This document shows positions 57,742-64,000 of a stretch of 64,000 bases of DNA, piece after piece. The position numbers and the translations under genes are program-made. How positions within the stretch are numbered: the first letter of the stretch is position 1; the number at the start of each line of letters is the position of its first letter. The stretch spans positions 1,975 through 65,974 of the forward strand of contig CAVAFY010000006.1 of assembly GCA_963588035.1 (NCBI GenBank), written 5' to 3'. The DNA is from Alloprevotella sp. GTDB taxonomy: Bacteria; Actinomycetota; Coriobacteriia; Coriobacteriales; Eggerthellaceae. The notes below the pieces were generated by a model. That model was given only the letters and a program-made list of their open reading frames with translations, had not been told where the DNA came from and ran no database searches.

Positions 57742-58082
57742 TGTGGAAAATGTTGATAACCGGAAAGACACCTTATCCGCCTCCCCGAAAGCCATTATCC
57801 CAGACCATGGACACCAGCGCGACAACCGGTTGCATTGGCGGGTGACCGCCTGCAAGGAACGGAGTGAGCAGCAGAGAAACACAGGGATGACCGGGCAGGA
57901 TAGGATGGAATGTTTGCCGTGAAACATCTCGGCAGCGATGGCGGGAAAGCGGCCGAGAGCCCGCTAGGGGCGCGCAGCGGGGAACGCCGAGGGGCGCCCG
58001 CGTCCAGCCGCAGCGATCAGTTCTCAACCAGGTTTTCCAAGTTTTCAATATCGTTCATTCCTGGTTTTCGTACTTTTCCACA
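57742..58082. other. upstream DnaA-box cluster (left part of a probably bipartite oriC / dnaA control region)
   Basis: Matches to TTATCCACA: TGTGGAAAA (57742-57750, reverse, 8/9) abuts TGTTGATAA (57751-57759, reverse, 8/9). TTATCCGCC lies at 57773-57781 (7/9). TTATCCCAG lies at 57795-57803 (7/9). TTTTCCAAG lies at 58033-58041 (7/9). TTTTCCACA lies at 58074-58082 (8/9). Confidence 0.6.
57911..57926. promoter_or_regulatory. degenerate parS-like site, 14/16 match
   Basis: TGTTTgcCGTGAAACA. Confidence 0.4.
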
Positions 58083-58087
58083 AGTTA

Positions 58088-58177
58088 TTGAAAGAATGTT
58101 GAAAAGTTAGAAAAGCCTTGTTGAAAAAGGTGCATAAGATTGAAAAACGATGAATAGCTGTCTAAAATGCTGAAAAG
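58088..58177 (+). promoter_or_regulatory. AT-rich array of TTGAAA(A/G) repeats that includes a good sigma-70-type promoter for the GHKL/wHTH gene
   Basis: TTGAAAG starts at 58088, TTGAAAAG at 58099, TTGAAAAAG at 58121, TTGAAAAAC at 58140 and cTGAAAAG at 58170. The -35 TTGAAA (58140-58145), a 17-nt spacer and the -10 TAAAAT (58163-58168) form a promoter. Confidence 0.55.
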
Positions 58178-58252
58178 GTCAGCCCGGATGCAGTCGGATA
58201 CCGCCGCAACATTCGGGCCTTTCCACCCCCTGCGAAAAAATCGGAAAGCATC

Positions 58253-59497
58253 ATGAGCCAAGAAAACACACCACATATGCAACCGATGGAAAGCGGTGGG
58301 CAACCGGCGGCAGGCAGCGCGCCTTCCGAACCACAAGCTGCACCCCAGATCGCCGCGCAGGCACCAAGCGCAGCGCCGTACCCGCCCGCCGCAGGCTACG
58401 GGCAGCCATATTCAACGCCCACAGCGAACCCTTACCCCACACAGCAGATGCAAGCTGCGCCGGCGCAAGGAATTCCCCCGCAATATGGGGTGTCTTACTA
58501 CGGATATCCACAACCCATGGGTTGGCAACCTGCGTCAACCCCTCAATTTCCGGTGGAAAACCAATACCAGGCCGCAGCACCGGCCCCACAACCTGAAACC
58601 CAGCAATACCCCGGCCAGGCAAACGGAGGCTGGCAGCCAACGCCGCAGGCGGGTATGGGCAACGCGGCCGCAGCCGAAGCCTTCGTTCCATCCTTCGTGG
58701 AGCAGGCACCGCAGGCCGGCGAAGGGCGCGCGCACGTGATGAACGGCGGGGCGTTCCCGGGCGAGGCAGAGCAGCAGCCTGCGTTCAACTACAGCTACAT
58801 CAGCTCGCCCGCGCGCATCGCCATCTACGACTCGCTGAAAACGGCTCCGCGCGTCATACAGATCCAGGGCGGGCCAACTCACGAGTACATCGAGCAGATC
58901 GCGTCGCTTACCTACAAGAACGCCAAAGAGCAAGGCGGGATGATCCCCTACACCGTGGTCCGGGAGGTCTCCGAGAACTTCATCCACGCAGAGTTCTGCG
59001 AGGTGGTGGTGTCCATCTTCGACCAGGGCAATACCATCCGGTTCGCCGACCAGGGGCCTGGCATAAAGAACAAGGACCTGGTGCAGGAGCCGGGATTCTC
59101 TTCCGCAATCGAGCCCATGAAGCGCTATATCCGCGGAGTGGGGTCGGGCTTGCCCATCGTGAAGGACTACCTGGAAACATCCCATGGCAGAATCGAGATC
59201 GAAGACAACGTGAACCAGGGCTCGGTGGTAACCATCAGCCTTGTTCCCGCCAGCGAGAAACCCGCCCCCATCGCCGACATGGCGCTCATCGACTTGACCG
59301 AGAACGAGGAAGCGATACTCAAAGAGCTGCTGCCCGACAAGGTACTGGGCGTAAGCGAGATAAACAAGCTCACCGACATCGCGGTTTCCAGCGTCCATAC
59401 AGCGCTATCGAAGATGGAAGAGCTCGGATTGGTGCAGAAGGTCAACAAGAAGCGAAGCCTTACCGCTCAAGGCCGACAGGTTGCACTATCCTTGTAG
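58253..59497 (+). CDS. uncharacterised protein: P/Q/A-rich low-complexity N-terminus, GHKL (HATPase_c-like) ATPase domain, C-terminal MarR-like winged helix
   Basis: N-box-like EVSENFIHAE. G1 is FADQGPGI. G2 is GVGSGLPIV. The C-terminal segment is LTENEEAILKELLPDKVLGVSEINKLTDIAVSSVHTALSKMEELGLVQK. Confidence 0.7.
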   Translation: MSQENTPHMQPMESGGQPAAGSAPSEPQAAPQIAAQAPSAAPYPPAAGYGQPYSTPTANPYPTQQMQAAPAQGIPPQYGVSYYGYPQPMGWQPASTPQFPVENQYQAAAPAPQPETQQYPGQANGGWQPTPQAGMGNAAAAEAFVPSFVEQAPQAGEGRAHVMNGGAFPGEAEQQPAFNYSYISSPARIAIYDSLKTAPRVIQIQGGPTHEYIEQIASLTYKNAKEQGGMIPYTVVREVSENFIHAEFCEVVVSIFDQGNTIRFADQGPGIKNKDLVQEPGFSSAIEPMKRYIRGVGSGLPIVKDYLETSHGRIEIEDNVNQGSVVTISLVPASEKPAPIADMALIDLTENEEAILKELLPDKVLGVSEINKLTDIAVSSVHTALSKMEELGLVQKVNKKRSLTAQGRQVALSL

Positions 59498-59554
59498 CGA
59501 AGAAAATCCCATCGGAGGCCATTGGGCAACCGAATGGCAATAAGATAAGGAACC

Positions 59555-61117
59555 ATGGACCTAGAGCAAACATGGAAAGACCTGATACGGCAGCTTAAGT
59601 CGTACCCGAATGTGAACGCCTCGCAAATCGATGCGTTCTTTTCGCGCGTGCAGATCCAAGCGGCAAGCCCGGGCTTCATGATGCTCACCTCCGACAACGG
59701 GTTCATCAAGGACTGGATCGAAAAGCACTACATGAAAGACATCGTGCAGGCTTTGAAAGACCTCTACGATGTCGACTTCAGCGTGCTCATTGAAATCGAT
59801 CCGACCTCCGCACCTGCGCAAACGCCGCCCGCGAACACAGCGGCAGCAAACGCCGCCCCGGCCAACAGCACACCTGCACCGGCAGGCAACGCTCAGCCCC
59901 AAAGCCAAAGCGAACCGGCGGCACCGGCCAGCCAGGCGCCCAGCGCGCAGAGCCAACCCGCCGCTGCCGTTGCCGCGCCCGCACCAGCGCAACCCGAACG
60001 CGACGCGGCAACCAAAGAGGCAGGCGAGCCCGCCAACCGCGCAGAGGGCGACCCGGCAAACGCCGAGAGCACCCTCACCTTCGACTCCTTCGTTATCGGC
60101 GAGTCCAACCGCATGGCCTACAACATGGCCCTTGAAGTGGCGGAACGGCCGGGCGCATCCGAGCTGAACCCCCTGTTCATATACGGGCGCTCGGGTGTGG
60201 GGAAAACGCATCTTATGTGCGCCATCAGGAACTACATCCTGGAGCAGTACCCCAACCTGAACGTCTGCTACATAGACTCGATGGAGTTGGTGAACAAGTA
60301 CTCTGAAGCCGCGATAGAGAAGAGCGTCGACAAGCAGAGCTTCAAGAACTTCGAGGGTTTCTTCCAGCAGGCCGACGTGCTGCTTATCGACGATATCCAG
60401 GGACTGCAAAGCAAGCCCGGAACATTGAATGCGCTGTTCAGGATCTTCAATTCCATGATCCCGAAGGGCAAGCAGTTCGTGTTCAGCGCCGATCGCGCGC
60501 CCCGTAACATCGACCTCGACGAGCGCTACGTCTCCCGCTTCAACTCGGGCGCCACGATCGACATCCAGCCGCCCGACGACGAGACGAAACGCAACATCAT
60601 CAGGGGTTTCGTCAAGCATTACCGCACGAAAGAGGGGATAGAACTCGAGATTCCCGATAAAGTGCTCGACTACATCGTGGAGAACTCGAGCTCGAACATC
60701 CGTGAACTGAAGAGCGCGGTTACCAACGTGATCTTCGCCATCAAGATGAGCGGAAGCGAAGAGCTTTCCGAAACCCAGATAAAAGAACTGCTGGGCAACC
60801 ACTTCCTTGGCGGGGGCAAACGCCGCATCACCATCGACATGGTGCAGGGCGCCGTCGAGGACTTCTACGGGGTTCCCCACAAGGACTTGGTCGGATCCAC
60901 CCGCAAACGCGACATCGCGCGAACCCGCCAGGTTGCCATCTACCTGTGCAGGGAGCTTTCCGAAACAACCCTGAAGAACATCGGAGAGGCGTTCAACCGC
61001 GATCACAGCACCGTCATGCATTCGTGCGACATGGTAGCCGATCGCCTACAGGAAGACCGGAACCTGCGCGAAGAGCTTGAGGCGATCCGGGAGAAGATCC
61101 GTATCCAGCAATACTGA
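59555..61117 (+). CDS. dnaA: chromosomal replication initiator DnaA
   Basis: Long A/P/Q-rich domain II linker. AAA+ Walker A is IYGRSGVGKTHL. Also LLIDDIQ, and the domain IV segment DIARTRQVAIYLCRELSETTLKNIGEAFNRDHSTVMHS. Confidence 0.95.
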   Translation: MDLEQTWKDLIRQLKSYPNVNASQIDAFFSRVQIQAASPGFMMLTSDNGFIKDWIEKHYMKDIVQALKDLYDVDFSVLIEIDPTSAPAQTPPANTAAANAAPANSTPAPAGNAQPQSQSEPAAPASQAPSAQSQPAAAVAAPAPAQPERDAATKEAGEPANRAEGDPANAESTLTFDSFVIGESNRMAYNMALEVAERPGASELNPLFIYGRSGVGKTHLMCAIRNYILEQYPNLNVCYIDSMELVNKYSEAAIEKSVDKQSFKNFEGFFQQADVLLIDDIQGLQSKPGTLNALFRIFNSMIPKGKQFVFSADRAPRNIDLDERYVSRFNSGATIDIQPPDDETKRNIIRGFVKHYRTKEGIELEIPDKVLDYIVENSSSNIRELKSAVTNVIFAIKMSGSEELSETQIKELLGNHFLGGGKRRITIDMVQGAVEDFYGVPHKDLVGSTRKRDIARTRQVAIYLCRELSETTLKNIGEAFNRDHSTVMHSCDMVADRLQEDRNLREELEAIREKIRIQQY

Positions 61118-61129
61118 GCCGGAACGGAG

Positions 61130-61411
61130 TGTTGATAACCGCTGGACAACCCAAGGGATATCCTCTCGGCGATGTTGAAAGAGTTATCCCCAGGTTTTCC
61201 ATGTGGATTCCAGGCTAGGTTATCAACACGGCAAAAAGCTATTGTTTTCGTTGAATGATCTGGGCGTTTGAAAGTTATCAACAAATCAAACGCCCTTACT
61301 ATGACTACGATTAAGTATTTAATTAGAGAAAAAGAAGAATAAAGTCATCTGGAAAACCCTAGGGGATAACCAAGGGTTTTAATTGGACTGGATGCACAAG
61401 GCAGATCCAGT
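61130..61411. other. oriC core in the dnaA-dnaN spacer: DnaA boxes, AT-rich unwinding candidate and three hairpins
   Basis: Boxes are TGTTGATAA 61130-61138 (reverse, 8/9), TTATCCCCA 61184-61192 (8/9), TGTGGATTC 61202-61210 (reverse, 7/9), TTATCAACA 61220-61228 (8/9), TTATCAACA 61275-61283 (8/9) and AGGGGATAA 61361-61369 (reverse, 7/9). The AT-rich stretch is 61296-61352 (ttactatgactacgattaagtatttaattagagaaaaagaagaataaag). Confidence 0.7.
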
Positions 61412-61449
61412 ATCATACTTAGACGCAAACCATCAGCAGAGGAGCACGT

Positions 61450-62544
61450 ATGAAGTTCAGCGTTAACCAATCCGAGCTACAGAACGCACTTACCGTAGTA
61501 GCCAAGGGCTCCTCTACGCGCTCAACGCTTTCCATCCTTGCTGGCGTATATATAAAGGCGGAAGAGGGGCGCATCACCCTCCAAACCACCGACCTTGAAC
61601 TTTCCATCAGGGTTACCTGCTTCGCGATGGTCGAGGAACCTGGCGAAACCGTGGTTCCTGCAAAGCTCTTCCTCGACATCGTCAAGACCTTACCCGACAT
61701 GGCCGTGCGCGTCGAAGCCGACGATTCGACCGCATCGGTGTTCTGCGACACCACCACCTTCTCGGTAAAGGCCCTGAACCCGCTCGACTTCCCGGCCTTC
61801 CCCGAAATCGAAGCCGACCAGGAAGCGCAGTTCCCCTTCAAGGCGTTCTCTTCCATGGTCAAGCGCACGGCAAAGGTGGTTTCCCACGACGAAACGCGCG
61901 TCGTGCTCACCGGTGTTCTTGTTTCCTGTGTGGGAACGTCGCTGAAGATGGTGGCTACCGACTCGTATCGCCTTGCCGTTGCAGAAACCGAGCTCGAGGC
62001 TCCGTGCCCTGAAGAATTCGAGGCGGTTATATCCGGCAGCTTTCTGCAGGACATCGCCTCCTTGCCGCAGTCGGCCGACCCCATCACCCTCGCCTTGAAC
62101 GAGAACCAGATCATCGTTTCCTACCGCGACGTGACCTTCATCAACCGCCGCATCGAGGGAACCTTCCCGAACTACAAGCAGCTCATTGCCGATGGGTTCG
62201 TCACGCGCGCTACGCTTTCCACCCACGCCCTTACCGATGCGGTGCGCCGCGTTTCCTTGATGAGCAACAAGGTATCCCCAGTTCAGGTGCGTGTTGATGC
62301 TGATTCTGGCGTTGTTACCCTCATCGCCAACTCCCAGGATATCGGCAATGCGCAGGAGAACCTCATCTGCGAGGTGCAGGGCGAATCGGTTGACATCGCC
62401 TTCAATTTCTCGTTCATGTTGGACGGCCTGAACTCCATCGAAACCGATGCGGTGCATCTCGACCTGTTCGGCCCCATGAAGCCGGGCATCTTGCGCGCCG
62501 AGGGCGAGAACTTCCTGTACCTGATCATGCCTGTGCGCGTATAG
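61450..62544 (+). CDS. dnaN: DNA polymerase III beta sliding clamp
   Basis: MKFSVNQSELQNAL, LKMVATDSYRLA and YLIMPVRV. GAGGAG precedes the ATG. Confidence 0.95.
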   Translation: MKFSVNQSELQNALTVVAKGSSTRSTLSILAGVYIKAEEGRITLQTTDLELSIRVTCFAMVEEPGETVVPAKLFLDIVKTLPDMAVRVEADDSTASVFCDTTTFSVKALNPLDFPAFPEIEADQEAQFPFKAFSSMVKRTAKVVSHDETRVVLTGVLVSCVGTSLKMVATDSYRLAVAETELEAPCPEEFEAVISGSFLQDIASLPQSADPITLALNENQIIVSYRDVTFINRRIEGTFPNYKQLIADGFVTRATLSTHALTDAVRRVSLMSNKVSPVQVRVDADSGVVTLIANSQDIGNAQENLICEVQGESVDIAFNFSFMLDGLNSIETDAVHLDLFGPMKPGILRAEGENFLYLIMPVRV

Positions 62545-62548
62545 CCGT

Positions 62549-63688
62549 TTGACGGGCGATGAGAACGTGGGGCTTCGAATCGAGCGACTCCATTGCCGAG
62601 ATTTTCGGTCCTATAGCGATTTCGAGCTAGCCGGCATCGGCGGCCTTACCGTTGTTGTCGGCCCGAATGCTGTAGGCAAGACCAACATGCTCGAAGGGCT
62701 CCAGCTTCTAACGGCCCTCTTGTCGTTTCGGAACCCCTCGCCTTCCCATCTCATTCGCGAAGGGGCGAGTTCGGCCCTGTTCGCTATCGACCTTCAGGGC
62801 GAGGGGCGCAAGCTTTCCGTAGAGTTTCACGTGAAACACGATGCCCGAGAGTATCGCCTGAACGGCAAGAAGAAGCGCACTCGGGATTTGCGGGGGCTTC
62901 TGCCTTCGGTGATGTTCTCTCCCGACGACCTGCAGTTGGTCAAAGGCGGCCAGTCGCTGCGCCGCGCCCAGGCCGATCATCTGGGTTCCCAACTCAGCGC
63001 GAACTACCAGGCGGTCCGGAAGGATTACGAGAAGGTGCTGCGGCAGAAGAACCGGTACCTGAAAGAGAGCGTTTCGGACCTTTACCTGCAGAGCATCAAC
63101 GATATCCTGGCCACCGTCGGCTCCCAGCTGTATCAGCTCAGATGCAGCATGCTTTCGGCGCTCGAGCCTTATCTGAAAAGCTCGTATGCACGGATCTCGG
63201 GCGGAAATGAAGAGGTTTCTTTGGCATACGTTCCATCCTGGCTTCGCGAAGGGATTGATTTCTCTCGGTTTCCGGGGAAGTGCGATGTTTCGCGCGCGGA
63301 AGCTCGGGACTGTTTGCTTGAGGCGATGGAGCGTGATTCCCGCAAGGAACGCGAGCGCCGTATGAGCACGCAGGGTCCGCATCGCGATGCCGTGGAATTC
63401 TACCTTGACGGCCGGTGCGCTCGCCTGTTCGCCTCCCAAGGCCAGCAGCGCTCGTTGGTGCTTGCCCTCAAGATGGCCGAGGTCGAGCTGATCAGGGAGC
63501 GCCTTGGGCAGGCCCCCGTCCTTCTCCTCGATGACGTGATGAGCGAGCTCGATGGGTCTCGTCGCGAAGCGCTGCTTTCGCTTATATCGGGCGATATACA
63601 GACGTTCATAACTGCCACCAACGCGGAATCCTTAGGGGATTTGACTCCTTTGGGCGGTCGTATCGTGAGGATAGGTGGCGCTGCATGA
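62549..63688 (+). CDS. recF: DNA replication and repair protein RecF
   Basis: FRSY, Walker A GPNAVGKTNMLE, and LLLDDVMSELD. The track start is TTG at 62549. GTG at 62567 (giving MGLRIERL) is an alternative. Confidence 0.92.
   Translation: MTGDENVGLRIERLHCRDFRSYSDFELAGIGGLTVVVGPNAVGKTNMLEGLQLLTALLSFRNPSPSHLIREGASSALFAIDLQGEGRKLSVEFHVKHDAREYRLNGKKKRTRDLRGLLPSVMFSPDDLQLVKGGQSLRRAQADHLGSQLSANYQAVRKDYEKVLRQKNRYLKESVSDLYLQSINDILATVGSQLYQLRCSMLSALEPYLKSSYARISGGNEEVSLAYVPSWLREGIDFSRFPGKCDVSRAEARDCLLEAMERDSRKERERRMSTQGPHRDAVEFYLDGRCARLFASQGQQRSLVLALKMAEVELIRERLGQAPVLLLDDVMSELDGSRREALLSLISGDIQTFITATNAESLGDLTPLGGRIVRIGGAA
62823..62838. promoter_or_regulatory. parS site, 15/16 match, inside recF
   Basis: aGTTTCACGTGAAACA. 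Confidence 0.75.
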
Positions 63689-64000
63689 CTTCTTTCAACG
63701 ACGAGCATGCCTCGAAAAGCGATCCATACCGCTATATCTTCGCCAAGAACGAGCGGCAGAATGCGCTGAAGCCGGTTTCCGACCCCATCGACTCGTATCT
63801 TTCCCGGATGCCGGACGAGGTGCGCAAGCGCGTTCTTGTTGGGCGGCGCATAGAGAAGGTCCAGTCCCAATTCGCGGAAGTGGTGGATCCGTTCATCCTG
63901 CGTCACGTCAATTCCGTGTACCTACTTAAGAGCAAATATGCGGAAGGCGCGTTCGATCTGGTTGTGTATCTGGACAACTCCATGTGCGCAGCCGAGCTGA
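63685..64000 (+). CDS. DUF721 (DciA-like) family protein, 5' part, runs off the right edge (not in the ORF track)
   Basis: The ATG at 63685 overlaps the recF stop (ATGA). My own translation is MTSFNDEHASKSDPYRYIFAKNERQNALKPVSDPIDSYLSRMPDEVRKRVLVGRRIEKVQSQFAEVVDPFILRHVNSVYLLKSKYAEGAFDLVVYLDNSMCAAEL. Position between recF and the expected gyrB fits DUF721. Confidence 0.7.
   Translation, partial: MTSFNDEHASKSDPYRYIFAKNERQNALKPVSDPIDSYLSRMPDEVRKRVLVGRRIEKVQSQFAEVVDPFILRHVNSVYLLKSKYAEGAFDLVVYLDNSMCAAEL

Noticed and set aside
10476-61021. Many other long ORFs lying opposite recognised genes. Examples are 10476-11684, 12920-14311, 16103-17440, 16693-17850, 18073-19089, 18536-20062, 19327-20598 and 20818-22167. 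Others are 22131-23501, 23563-24516, 27911-29683, 31825-32904, 32911-34983 and 35263-36543. The rest are 37248-38342, 40126-40953, 44874-46409, 46842-47759, 54947-56284, 58535-59398 and 59561-61021.
   Set aside because: Each one fully overlaps a gene with clear family motifs on the other strand or in another frame. Their products are Arg/Gly/His/Ala/Pro-rich, as expected for open antisense or off-frame reading in GC-rich DNA. None has a recognisable motif or ribosome-binding site.
63675-63929. 84-aa plus-strand ORF after recF
   Set aside because: Wrong frame. The frame starting at ATG 63685 (overlapping the recF stop) gives a DUF721-like sequence and stays open to the window edge.
1-64000. 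Scan for CRISPR arrays, IS elements or transposases, rRNA genes, reverse transcriptase/DGR components and toxin-antitoxin pairs
   Set aside because: I found no regularly spaced short direct repeats with unique spacers, no transposase or integrase-like ORFs, and no rRNA-like sequence. The identical repeats in the adhesin gene have no associated reverse transcriptase or template repeat in this window.

Overview
This is a high-GC actinobacterial chromosome segment. Gene content suggests a Coriobacteriia/Eggerthellaceae-type genome, but that is inference with no search run. The window spans the replication origin. In the right third, parB-parA, rsmG, jag, yidC, yidD, rnpA and rpmH (minus strand) face dnaA-dnaN-recF-DUF721 (plus strand). 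DnaA-box clusters lie upstream of dnaA and in the dnaA-dnaN spacer. Five sites match the 16-bp parS consensus at 15/16 or 16/16. An uncharacterised GHKL-ATPase/winged-helix gene and a PEBP gene sit between rpmH and dnaA. The left 9.9 kb is the 5' part of a giant minus-strand adhesin gene that runs off the window. The 3301-aa plus-strand ORF in the track is its codon-aligned antisense shadow. The middle holds, in order: a transglutaminase-like lipoprotein, a Ski2-like helicase, a HAD phosphatase and an FMN-binding/Fe-S membrane protein. Next come a fused CydD-CydC exporter, efeUOB, and tRNA-Gly(CCC) followed by a lower-GC islet with a Schlafen/AlbA_2-type ATPase gene and a 13-bp motif array. 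After that are a GT-C glycosyltransferase and a YdjC deacetylase, then a six-gene HcnABC/opine-oxidase-like redox operon with an ornithine-cyclodeaminase-family gene and a gamma-glutamyl hydrolase. The middle ends with amtB-glnK, ldh, a 1319-aa membrane protein with a degenerate M28 peptidase fold and about 900 aa of low-complexity sequence, an exonuclease-DinG helicase, ddl and rlmN. Three real genes are absent from the ORF track: rpmH (too short), and the adhesin and the DUF721 gene (both cut by window edges). I saw no CRISPR array, transposase, integrase or rRNA. Most long ORFs opposite the called genes are GC-driven antisense shadows. All domain calls come from motif recognition by eye and need HMM/BLAST confirmation.
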